Origin: an uncultured Gemmatimonadaceae bacterium | Lineage (GTDB): Bacteria; Gemmatimonadota; Gemmatimonadetes; Gemmatimonadales; Gemmatimonadaceae | Assembly (NCBI GenBank): GCA_963790305.1 | Contig: CAWBOC010000009.1 | Coordinates: 192,001 to 256,000 of the forward strand | Direction of reading: 5' to 3' | Length of the DNA stretch: 64,000 nucleotides | Shown here: positions 49,235-58,534 of the stretch, piece after piece | Layout: each line of letters starts with the position of its first letter | Numbering within the stretch: the stretch's first letter is position 1 | The notes under the pieces: generated by a model | Databases searched by the model: none | What the model was told of the DNA's origin: nothing | Seen by the model: only the letters and a program-made list of their open reading frames with translations | Translations under genes and position numbers: made by a program

Positions 49235-51569
49235 GTGAGGCGGTCCGCAGTCGTCGTGTTGATCGGGCTTTTCCCCGCTGTGCTCGCCGCCCAGGATGTC
49301 ACCACCGGCGTCGTGGCTGGCCGTGTCACCGCGCGCACCGATACCGCCGCCGCCGCTCTCGCGGTTCATAACGCCACGGTCACGCTCGTCGGGAGTCCAC
49401 GTGCCACGACCACGGGAGCCGACGGGCACTTCGCCCTCGACCGCGTCCCTCCCGGTCCGGCGACGCTGCGCATCCGCCTTCTCGGATACCGGCTGGCGGA
49501 GCGCAACCTTCTCGTGCGCGCGGGCGATACCGTTCGGGTCGACGTCATCCTCGAGCGCGAAGCACAGCTTCTCTCCCCCATCCGCGTCGACGCCCTGTCC
49601 AGCGATGCGGAAGCGTTCGTATCGAAGCCTAACGTCGCTACGGTGACCGTTGGCGCAGCCGCGATGAAGGGCGTCCCTGGCGTGGGTGAGCCGGACGTCG
49701 TTCGCGTCGTGCAGCTCCTTCCTGGCGTCGTCGCACGCAATGACTTCAACACCGGCCTCAACGTTCGTGGGGGCGAAGCCGATCAGAACCTGATTCTGCT
49801 CGACGGTCATCCGATCTACAATCCGTTTCACCTCGGGGGTCTGTTCAGCACGTTCATGGACGCGACGGTGGGTGGCATTCGAGCTCATGACCGGCGCCTT
49901 TCCCGCCCGCTTCGGCGGCCGGCTGTCGAGTGTGCTCGACGTCCGCTCCGCCGATGAAGCGCGCCCCGGGGTCCACGCGTCGGCAGACCTTTCCGTCATT
50001 GGCGCAACCGCGCGTCTTTCGGGCGCCTCAGGCAATGAACGCGGAACGTGGAGCATCGCTGGACGTCGCACGTACGCCAATGCCGTGACCTCACTGTTCA
50101 GCGACGACATTTTTCCCTACCACTTCCGCGACGTCCATGCGCGCGGAGCCTACGCGCTCTCCGGCAACGTGCGACTGGCGGTGACGGCATACCTCGGCAA
50201 GGACGTTCTGGACGCGAACCTCTCGGAGTTCGAGAGCGACTCGGCGCCATCGAGGGCGAGCGAGGGGCGGTGGGCGTTCAACTGGGGAAATCGCGTCATC
50301 GGCGCGACGATCTCCAAGGACCTCGACGCCACTGCGCGCATCCCGCTGCTCGGGTGGCGGCTTGGCGAGAGCTCGACCCTCGAGCAACGCGTCTCGGCAT
50401 CGCAGTTCTCGACGCTCCTCGACCTGGGCGATGGGGCGTTCGCCCAGCGCAACGAGGTGAGCGATTTCAGGCTCACCGGCTCGCTCGTGGCACGCACGGC
50501 GGCGCACGATCGCTCCATCGGGTACGAGCTCGCCACGCATCGCATTCGCTACTCGTCAGGCTCGACGCAAACGGGGGCCACCGACTTCGACCTGCGACAA
50601 CGCCCGACCTCGGCGGCGGCGTGGATCAACGACTTGTGGCGGCCGTCACCGAGATGGCTCCTCGAATGGGGACTGCGAGCGGAGGCTCTGTCGGAACGCG
50701 ATTGGGCGGCGCTCTCGCCTCGCGTATCGGTGAAGTACTTCGCGACGCCCGAGCTAGCGCTCACCGCGGCCGCTGGTCGCGTCACGCAGTGGATGCACTC
50801 GATGGCTGGGGACGGCCCGCTGCGCTACTTCGAGGTGTGGCTCGCCAGCGACTCCATCACGCCGGTCGCGACCGCGTGGCACTGGGTGGCGGGCGCCGAG
50901 CGACGCGTGCGTGACGTGGGATCGGTTCGGCTCGAGGCGTTCGCCAAGCGCTATGACCGTGTGCTGGAAGCGAACTGGTCCGAGAATCCGCAGGTGCCGG
51001 GTGACGAGTTCTTCGTCGCCGAGGGCAGGTCGTATGGCGCTGACATTCTCGCGCGGTGGCAGCCGACGTCCAGGCTCGCCGGCTGGGTTTCGTACTCGTA
51101 CGGCGTGAGCACACGCTCGCGTGACGGAATGCGCTGGGCGCCCGGCCACGACCGGCGGCATGACGTCGACGTGGTCGCGACCTGGCGGCTCACGAAATAC
51201 CGCTTCGGCGCTCGCTTCGGCTTTGCGACGGGTACGCCATACACGCCGATCGTCGGCGAGATCGCGCGCCGTGTATACGACCCGTCACGGGACAGCTGGG
51301 GAACCGGGAATTCCCGTCTGTGGATCGAGGCCCTGGGCGGGGCACGGAACGGAGCCCGCTTCCCCGCGTCGCACCGGCTTGACCTGGATGCATCGCGTGA
51401 ATTCCAGTTCCGCGGCGCGACGGTCTCGCCGTACGTGAGCGTCGTAAACGCCTACAATGCGCAGAATGTGTTCGTCTACCTCTACGATTACTCGACCAAT
51501 GCTCCGACGCGTCGAGCGATCTCGCAGTTTCCGGTGCTCCCGAGCGTGGGGGTGCGCGTTGTTTTCTAG
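49235..51569 (+). CDS. TonB-dependent receptor (frameshift near 49878)
   Basis: Carboxypeptidase-like N-domain, GEPDVVRVVQLLPGV, VRGGEADQNLILLDG.PIYNPFHLGGLFS, then GAFPARFGGRLSSVLDV in the next frame; C-terminal Phe. Confidence 0.88.
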
Positions 51570-52735
51570 GCGCTTGCCCCAGCTCGCGCTCCTGCTCGTT
51601 CTCGTGGCATGCGAGATCGAGGAAGTCGGGATTCCCCGCACGGACGCGCAGGTCGCGCTGCACGCGGTGTTGAGCGCGAGCGCGCCGAACCAGGTCGTGC
51701 TCCTCGAGCGGACGAGAAATGGGACGGTCGCGATCACCGCGCCGGCCTTCGAGGTGCCTGACCCCGTGTTGAGCGATGAGGGCATCGCGGAGAGCGGGGC
51801 GATCATCACGCTGACGACTCCGAGCGGCCGGACGCTCGTGGCGCGTGAGGACATCACGGTCCGCGGCGACAATAAGGGGCGCGGCGTTTATCGATTCGCC
51901 CTTCCCGGCGATTCGCTCGAACGCGGCGGCACGTACCAGCTCAACGTGCGAACGGTGAGGAATGAGGTTCTCGCCGCGGAGACATCGGTGCCGGCGGGAA
52001 ACCCCGCCGTGGCAGCCGTCCAGGACACGTTCGATCGCGTGCAGGATACGCTCCTGCTCGCGTGGCCGTCCGCTCCCGGAGCGCGCAGCTACCTGGTCCG
52101 CATCGAGACGCCCTTCGGTCCGCGGTCTTTCTTCACGGACGGCACGCAGGTCCGCCTGACTGGCGAGCTGCGCAACATCGACGTCGATGCGCTCCCCCGC
52201 GTTTTCATCCCGGGGTTTCCGCAGGCGGTGACGGTCTCGGCGGTCGACTCCAACTTTTTCGACTGGTTCCGAACGCACAGCAACGCCATTCTCGGGTACC
52301 GGGCTGATCAATCGTGTCAGCGGCGGGATCGGCGTATTCGGCTCGGTGGTGCGACTGCGCTTCGAGGACTACCACGTCGTATCGCCGCAGACGGAGCCGG
52401 AAGCAGGGACGTTTCGGTTCGTGGGCACGCCAGAGCAACAGATCTCGACGCCGGTGCTCGGCCTGGAGCTGTATGTCGAGTCGCGGGCTGCGCGGGCGGA
52501 TCAGGCGCACGCCGTGAGCGGCCGCTATCACAAGCGCCCGGCGTTGGGTCAGGTCGGGTGCCTCACCTGCGGCCTACTCGGTACCGCGCGGGATGGTCGC
52601 GTCGAGCTGGCCTTACTGGGCGACTGGTACGCGCGAGACACGGCGGACCTGTTCGTGGGGCAGATACGCGGGGATACGATCGTCGGCACCTTCCGCGCGG
52701 CCGGCGGGCTCGTGCGGTTCGTTAGGCAGCCGTAG
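51559..52735 (+). CDS. DUF4249-like lipoprotein partner of the TonB receptor (frameshift near 52290)
   Basis: Lipobox LVAC. After removing one base the frame continues INRVSGGIGVFGS and joins ORF 52346-52735. Confidence 0.7.
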
Positions 52736-52744
52736 CGCCAAGGC

Positions 52745-53209
52745 TCACGGGCGCTCCGCTGGAGCCGGTGCGTCGCGATAGACGGTCTCTGGAGACGGGC
52801 GGAGGAGCTTGATCAGATCCTCTGGCGGTACGCCAGGCCCTGCGGAGCGCACGGGAATGCGACCGTTGGGCGGCAGGAGGGGAGCCGTCGACGGCCCCGG
52901 CAGGATATCGATCGTTTTGTCGCCGAGGAGTCCGAGTGTCCGCACGTCAGCGGAATCGCCTGTTCGGAGCGGGACCTCCTGATGAAAAGCGAGATCAACC
53001 GCCAGGCCATTGGTATCGAAAGCCATTCGCGACACGATGCCAACCACGACGCCGCGATAGGTGACCGTCGAGCCTTCGCGCAGTCCCTCGCTGTGGCTCA
53101 TCACCGTGCGCGCCCGCTGCACCGTGCGCTCGCTGCGCCACACCCGTACCGAGAGCGCAGCGACGATCGCGACAGCGACGGCGAGCGTGGCAATGAGCCG
53201 AGCCGGCAT
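52745..53209 (-). CDS. MlaD/MCE domain protein
   Basis: N-terminal TM, GLREGSTVTYRGVVVGIV, TLGLLGDKTIDILPG. Confidence 0.85.
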   Translation of the reverse strand: MPARLIATLAVAVAIVAALSVRVWRSERTVQRARTVMSHSEGLREGSTVTYRGVVVGIVSRMAFDTNGLAVDLAFHQEVPLRTGDSADVRTLGLLGDKTIDILPGPSTAPLLPPNGRIPVRSAGPGVPPEDLIKLLRPSPETVYRDAPAPAERP

Positions 53210-53212
53210 GGG

Positions 53213-53623
53213 TTAATGCAGCCGCTTGCGAAAGTATTGCACGCAGAGCGTTGCCTCGAAGCCTAACGCGGCGTGGGCCTGAAGGCTGAGGGTGTTGTCG
53301 AGCTCGACGTCCGATCCAAGCTCGTCGTAGCCTTCCTCCCTGCACCAGCGCTCCACCGCCGCGACGAGCGCCCGACCAACGCCGGCGTGGCGAAGCTGCG
53401 GAGCGACCCACCATCCCTCAATGTACGGCACCGGGGTCGAGTCGCATCCCTCCGCCCACGGGCGAAGCGAGAAGGACACGAAGCCGCCGAGCCCCCCGTC
53501 GTCCCGTTCCCAGACGTACACCGTTTCGTCGGAGAAGTCGTAGCTGTCGCCCCCTGGCCAGAGCGTCCGCATCATCTCGGTCACGTCGGGCAGTTCCTCG
53601 GAACGCATGAGGCGGGCGGGCAT
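53213..53623 (-). CDS. GNAT acetyltransferase, aminoglycoside 6'-N-acetyltransferase type I-like
   Basis: RPWAEGCDSTPVPYIEGWWV, RHAGVGRAL, ELGSDVELDN..S..AH.ALGF, YFRK, all typical of the AAC(6')-I clade. Confidence 0.8.
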   Translation of the reverse strand: MPARLMRSEELPDVTEMMRTLWPGGDSYDFSDETVYVWERDDGGLGGFVSFSLRPWAEGCDSTPVPYIEGWWVAPQLRHAGVGRALVAAVERWCREEGYDELGSDVELDNTLSLQAHAALGFEATLCVQYFRKRLH

Positions 53624-53640
53624 TGTGATGCGACGACGCC

Positions 53641-54078
53641 TTACGCCACTGAGGCGGCTGCGTCGGCCGCCCACTGGAAGCACAGGGTAAAGCCGTCGGG
53701 ATCCTTTACCCACAGCTGCTTCATGCCATAGGGCGCGACGGCCGGAGGCTGCACCGCCACGCCCTTCGATCGCAGGTGCTCGTACGCACCGTCGACGTCG
53801 GGGCACCCGAAAAAGAGACCGGTGTCATCGTGTGCAGCCACGCGGTCGGGATCAGGAGCCGGTGGACGCTCCGCGTCCGGATCGTACAGCGTGTTGAGCA
53901 TCAGGTCCGCGCCGTCGCGGCGGATCCAGACCCATCCATAATCATCATCCTTCGTCTGACCGGGCGGCGGAGCCGCCTGTACGAGCTCGAAGCCGAGGAC
54001 GTCACGATAGAACGCGAGCGACGTCGGCATGTCGAAGACCTGGATCAGCGGGCAGACGTGGCGAAGCTCGGGAGCCAT
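53641..54078 (-). CDS. VOC (glyoxalase/bleomycin resistance) family protein
   Basis: SLAFYRDVLGF, DVDGAYEHL, PYGMKQLWVKDPDG. Confidence 0.9.
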   Translation of the reverse strand: MAPELRHVCPLIQVFDMPTSLAFYRDVLGFELVQAAPPPGQTKDDDYGWVWIRRDGADLMLNTLYDPDAERPPAPDPDRVAAHDDTGLFFGCPDVDGAYEHLRSKGVAVQPPAVAPYGMKQLWVKDPDGFTLCFQWAADAAASVA

Positions 54079-54201
54079 GGGGACCTCACAGTGCAGCGCT
54101 CTCGTCAGGGTTACGACTCGTCAGGTAGCGGCGAGCATGCTACGATGGAAGCGATTGCCTCGAACGGCAAGTCGACGACGAACCTCGAGGACCTCGGGTA
54201 G

Positions 54202-54552
54202 TCAGGCCACCTGCACCACGTACGAGATCAATCGCTGGATCTTTGCGCGCTGCAGAACGAACACATCGCAGAACGCCAGGTTGAGAATACCCCCATCCTT
54301 CCTCTCGGTGCGGACCGTGCCCTCGGCGACGACGACGTCATTCTCTTCCGTCATCCTGGTGACGGTGATCGCGGGCCTGCCGACGAAGGCCGGATTCTCG
54401 ATCTCATTGTCGAAGGCCGCCTTTCCCACGAGGTGAAAGGCGCCAGGCATTTCCCACACGACGTCATCGGTCAGACACGACAGGATCAGCCCGTGGTCGC
54501 CTCTGCGGAAGGCGTCCATGTACTGCTCGACCGTTCGTTTGTTCTCCGTCAC
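54202..54552 (-). CDS. SnoaL-like/NTF2 family protein
   Basis: NKRTVEQYMDAF..GD…LTDDVVWEMPG, VVVAEG, FCDVF. Confidence 0.85.
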   Translation of the reverse strand: MTENKRTVEQYMDAFRRGDHGLILSCLTDDVVWEMPGAFHLVGKAAFDNEIENPAFVGRPAITVTRMTEENDVVVAEGTVRTERKDGGILNLAFCDVFVLQRAKIQRLISYVVQVA

Positions 54553-54618
54553 GGTGTCCCCGCGCTACTTGGAGAGGTCAGGCGGCCGGTGCAGCCGCAT
54601 CTCGCCGAGGGACACGAG

Positions 54619-55185
54619 CTACCCGCCAATCCGTTCGCGCGCGTCATTGTCGTCGCGACGCAGTGAAAGCGCGAGGTGTTCGACGGTGTCGCGGACATCA
54701 CCCTGACGTAAGCCGTCGGGCTCGCGCCCAAACGTCGTGAAGCCCATCGCGCGGTACAGCTGACCCGCGGCGACCGCACGCTCGACGACTGTGAGTGTCA
54801 GTCTCTCGACGTCCGGCCACGTCCGAGCCTCGACGATTATCGCTTCGAGCAGGCGCTTTCCAAGCCCGTGACCGCGCTGCTCCGGTAACACGTACATGCC
54901 CCAAACGATCGCCGTGTGCCGCGCCTTCACCGTCGCCTGCTGGAGACATCCGGTCACGCCAACCAGACCGTCGCCGTCGAACGCTCCGAACACGGCACGG
55001 CCAACTGGTGTGCGTGCCGGTGTAAGACGCTCGGCAATCGTCTCCAGGGGGAGCGCCTGAGCCTCAGCGTACGTCGATCCGAACGCCTCTGGGCATTCGC
55101 GGAGCCCGTAGAGCCGGAGCGCCTGAAACACTGGTGCGTCGCCCGGGCCGAGTTGTCGAATATGGACGGCGCCGCCCGTCGGCAA
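54619..55185 (-). CDS. GNAT family N-acetyltransferase
   Basis: IRQLGPGD, PEAFGST, IVWGMYV.PEQRGHGLG, LYRAMGF.TFGREP. TTG start with a GGAGAGG RBS. Confidence 0.85.
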   Translation of the reverse strand: MPTGGAVHIRQLGPGDAPVFQALRLYGLRECPEAFGSTYAEAQALPLETIAERLTPARTPVGRAVFGAFDGDGLVGVTGCLQQATVKARHTAIVWGMYVLPEQRGHGLGKRLLEAIIVEARTWPDVERLTLTVVERAVAAGQLYRAMGFTTFGREPDGLRQGDVRDTVEHLALSLRRDDNDARERIGG

Positions 55186-55233
55186 TTGGGCCTCTCCATG
55201 ATGAAGCGCTCCGGCATCTCGACCCCTTGTAAA

Positions 55234-55343
55234 GGTGCCGTCCCGGGACTCGAACCCGGGGACGGGGTTCCGGCGCCCTTGGCGCTACGCGGGAGTCGAA
55301 CCCGCTGCGCCGGCCTTCCCCTGGAAACCAGCTCCACGGCACC
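55234..55343 (-). ncRNA. Putative tRNA-like structured RNA with two T-arms and no anticodon loop
   Basis: 8-bp terminal stem GGTGCCGT/ACGGCACC, D-like arm GGAG-CTGGT-TTCC, T-arms GCGGG-TTCGACT-CCCGC and CCCGGG-TTCGAGT-CCCGGG, TAGATT box 6 nt upstream. Confidence 0.7.
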
Positions 55344-55366
55344 GCTACGAATCTAATACTGCGTGG

Positions 55367-56074
55367 TCATTGTCGCAGCGGCGTTAGGCTCTCGACAGCG
55401 CTCAGCGCCGCAAGAACGGCCGCGGCATCGCTCAAATCCGGCAGGATGGTCGTCGCTCCCGCGGTCCGCAAACGATCGGCACGAACCCCCGTTGCAATGC
55501 CGACGAACGGCAGCCCTAACGCCCGTGCGGTGCGGACGTCCCAGGGAGCATCCCCAACGCTCACCACGCGGCGAAAGGCGATCCCTGCCTGCACTTCGGC
55601 CTTTTGCCAGGCGAGCCGGACAATCTCCTCGCGCGACTCCGCATCATCAGCGCACGCCATGGGTAAATCACTTGCCACAAGTCCGGCGGCGCGGAGCTTC
55701 ACCGTGGCGGAGGCAAGCCAGCCTCCCGTGGCGAGCGCGACGTGCCACCCAGCACGGCGGAGATGCGGAAAGAGTGCGGCAGCGCCTGCGATGGCGACGA
55801 ACCGCTCCGGGGCACGTGTGAGCTCCGCGCGGAGAATCGCGAGAAAGCGCCGCTGGATCTCAGCGACGTCGTGCGCCTCATCGGCGTGGGTGCGATACCG
55901 GGCCCACAGATGGCGCGCGATGGCGCTGTCGGTCACGTGAGGCGTGTCGGACCAGTCGATGGCCTCGGCAGCGACGGCGAGGGTTTCCGCAACGGCGCGG
56001 GCGTAGCACTCATCGTCCACGGCATTGGTAGCCGTCAACGTGCCGTCGATGTCAAAGATCGCGAGCTGACTCGT
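55367..56074 (-). CDS. HAD-superfamily hydrolase
   Basis: IFDIDGTL motif I, ALATGG, KL, VSVGDAPWDVRTA..LG. Start uncertain (ACG at 56074 follows GGAG). Confidence 0.85.
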   Translation of the reverse strand, partial: TSQLAIFDIDGTLTATNAVDDECYARAVAETLAVAAEAIDWSDTPHVTDSAIARHLWARYRTHADEAHDVAEIQRRFLAILRAELTRAPERFVAIAGAAALFPHLRRAGWHVALATGGWLASATVKLRAAGLVASDLPMACADDAESREEIVRLAWQKAEVQAGIAFRRVVSVGDAPWDVRTARALGLPFVGIATGVRADRLRTAGATTILPDLSDAAAVLAALSAVESLTPLRQ

Positions 56075-56255
56075 ATCAGCGCTCCATTGGTCGGCAGAAC
56101 GCAGCGCGGCAGGGTGAACGGCGGTGGCCTCCGAATATCGCCGTCGCAAATTGCATCAGCCAGTCATGAGCCCACCGCGCAACGAGCGCCTTAAGCGTCG
56201 AGACACCTCCGCAATACGTGCGGGCTCGGCATAACCCCCTTATATTTCCCGAGTT

Positions 56256-57416
56256 ATGCCCGCGCCGATCTACCTCGACCACGCCGCCACGACCCCCGTT
56301 CGACGGGAGGTCTTCGAAGCCATGGAACCCTTCTATGGCCCTCGCTTCGGCAATCCCTCCAGCACGCATCGCTGGGGGCGCGAGGCGCGCGCGGCACTCG
56401 ATGAAGCACGCGAGCGCGTGGCCCGATGTCTCGGCGCCAACACTGACGAGATTTGCTTCACCTCCGGCGGCACGGAGGCCGACAATCTCGCCGTCCTCGG
56501 ACCGTGGCGGGCGCGCGACCCCAAGCGCACGGCGGTCATCAGCACCGCCATCGAGCACAAGGCCGTGCTCGCCAGCATTCACCAGGCCGGGCGCGAGGGC
56601 GCCGAGGAGCGCATTGCTCCTGTCACGAGCGATGGCATCGTCGACGTCAACGCGTTCGCGAATCTCCTGGGCGACGACGTCGCGCTGTGCTCGATCATGT
56701 GGGTCAACAACGAGATCGGCACCATCCAGCCGATCCCCGAGCTGGCCCGGCGCGCCAAGGCGCACACCATCGTCTTCCACACCGACGCGGTGCAGGCCTT
56801 CGGGAAGATACCGATCGACGTGCGAGAGACGCCGGTCGATCTGCTCACCATCTCCGGCCACAAGATCGGAGCACCGAAGGGGAGTGGAGCGATCTTCATC
56901 CGGCGCGGTACCCAGCTCGAGTCGCTGCTGCACGGGGGATCCCAGGACCGTGGACGTCGCCCGGGGACGGAGAACGTTGCGGCCGCCGTCGGCCTCGCTC
57001 GCGCGGGGGAGCTTGCGCTGGAGGAGCGTGAGCGAGAGATGGCGCGGCTAGGTGTCCTCCGTGACCGTCTCGAAGCGGCGCTCGTTCAGCGCGTACCCGA
57101 TGCGATCGTGCATGGTCGCGGCGCACCGCGCGCGCCTCACATCCTGAATCTCTCGGTCCCGGGCACCGACAGCGAGTCGCTCCTCATGGCCCTCGACCTC
57201 GCCGGCGTCGCCTGCTCGTCAGGCTCGGCGTGCCAGAGTGGGAGCGTGACGCCATCTCACGTCCTCGAGGCGCTTGGCGTCCCGCGCGATCTCGCGAGCG
57301 CCGCCGTGCGCATGAGCCTCGGCGCCATGACCACGGAGGAGTGCATCACGCGCGTCTCCGAGCTCTTCCCTGCTCTCATCACCAAGGCGCGCCGGCTTGC
57401 CGGCGCCGTGAGCTGA
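56256..57416 (+). CDS. iscS: Cysteine desulfurase (IscS/NifS family)
   Basis: IYLDHAATTP, FTSGGTEADN, VNNEIG, HTDAVQ, SGHKIGAPKG, RPGTEN, SSGSAC. Confidence 0.93.
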   Translation: MPAPIYLDHAATTPVRREVFEAMEPFYGPRFGNPSSTHRWGREARAALDEARERVARCLGANTDEICFTSGGTEADNLAVLGPWRARDPKRTAVISTAIEHKAVLASIHQAGREGAEERIAPVTSDGIVDVNAFANLLGDDVALCSIMWVNNEIGTIQPIPELARRAKAHTIVFHTDAVQAFGKIPIDVRETPVDLLTISGHKIGAPKGSGAIFIRRGTQLESLLHGGSQDRGRRPGTENVAAAVGLARAGELALEEREREMARLGVLRDRLEAALVQRVPDAIVHGRGAPRAPHILNLSVPGTDSESLLMALDLAGVACSSGSACQSGSVTPSHVLEALGVPRDLASAAVRMSLGAMTTEECITRVSELFPALITKARRLAGAVS

Positions 57417-57418
57417 CG

Positions 57419-58522
57419 ATGGCCCCGCGAGTGCTCGTGGCGATGTCGGGCGGCGTGGATTCGTCCGTGGCCGCGGCGCTCCTCGTCGAGCGCGGCTACG
57501 ATGTCATCGGCGCGACGATGAAGCTGTTCTGTTACGGGGAGGACGTTCCCGATCGTCCATGCTGCTCGCTCGACTCGATCGACGACGCGAGACGGGTATG
57601 CGAACGCCTGGGCGTTCCGCACTACGTGCTCAATCTGGAGAGCGCATTCGGGCACGACGTGATCGACAACTTCGTGAGCGAATATGCGCTTGGGCGCACG
57701 CCCATTCCCTGCGTGCGCTGCAACACCTTCACGAAGTTCCGCGATCTGCTGCACAAGGCGGACGCCGTCGACGCCGACTTCATCGCCACCGGACACTACG
57801 CGCGCGTCGCGGGTGGTGAGCTGATGCGTGGTCTGGATCCCAACAAGGATCAGACGTACTTCCTGTGGGGGATCGATCGAGCGGTCGTGCGACGGATGCT
57901 GCTGCCGGTCGGCGACCTCACCAAGGCTGAGACGCGCGCACGAGCGCATGCGCTTGGCCTCGAGGTCGTTGCCGAGAAGCCGGAGAGCCAGGATATCTGC
58001 TTCGTGCCCGATGGCGACCACGTTCGCGTTCTCGAGCGACACCTCGGCGCTGGAGCCCCATCGCTTTCGATGGGCCCGATCGTCACCACCGACGGTCGCA
58101 TCGTCGGCCACCACCACGGCTTCGCACGCTACACGATCGGCCAGCGACGCGGGCTTCCGGGGGGCTCGCCGGTGCCGATGTACGTCGTCGCGATCAGACC
58201 GGCGGACCGCGCCGTCGTCATCGGGCCGCGTGAGGCGCTGCTTGGTCGTGGCGTCGTCGCCCGCGACGTGAACTGGCTCGTAGATGCGCCGCCGCAGGTC
58301 GGAGCGCACGTGAGTGTTCAGGTGCGTCACCGTGCGACTCCAGCTCCGGCTGAGCTCGTGCGACGGGACGATGGCGAGATCGAGCTGGCGCTGGACGAGC
58401 CGGTGGCCGCGATTACGCCCGGCCAGTCTCTCGTGATGTACGATGGTGCGCGAGTGCTCGGCGGGGGGTTCATCGAGCGCGCGCAGGGGATGCGTGCGGG
58501 GTTGCCGGTGCTCGCGGCCTGA
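57419..58522 (+). CDS. mnmA: tRNA 2-thiouridine(34) synthase
   Basis: AMSGGVDSS, PCVRCN, ATGHYA, KDQTYFL, ESQDICF, YTIGQRRGL, TPGQ. Confidence 0.96.
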   Translation: MAPRVLVAMSGGVDSSVAAALLVERGYDVIGATMKLFCYGEDVPDRPCCSLDSIDDARRVCERLGVPHYVLNLESAFGHDVIDNFVSEYALGRTPIPCVRCNTFTKFRDLLHKADAVDADFIATGHYARVAGGELMRGLDPNKDQTYFLWGIDRAVVRRMLLPVGDLTKAETRARAHALGLEVVAEKPESQDICFVPDGDHVRVLERHLGAGAPSLSMGPIVTTDGRIVGHHHGFARYTIGQRRGLPGGSPVPMYVVAIRPADRAVVIGPREALLGRGVVARDVNWLVDAPPQVGAHVSVQVRHRATPAPAELVRRDDGEIELALDEPVAAITPGQSLVMYDGARVLGGGFIERAQGMRAGLPVLAA

Positions 58523-58534
58523 TCGCGTGGACGC

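Noticed and set aside
55234..55343. Canonical tRNA, tRNA-Sec, tmRNA or SRP RNA
   Set aside because: No 7-nt anticodon loop, no UCA anticodon or long variable arm, no terminal CCA, no tag ORF and no SRP GGAA/AGCAG motif. Kept only as a tRNA-like RNA.
52745..56074. Integron cassette array
   Set aside because: The gene types fit, but I found no RYYYAAC…GTTRRRY attC sites between genes, some gaps are only a few bases, and there is no integrase.
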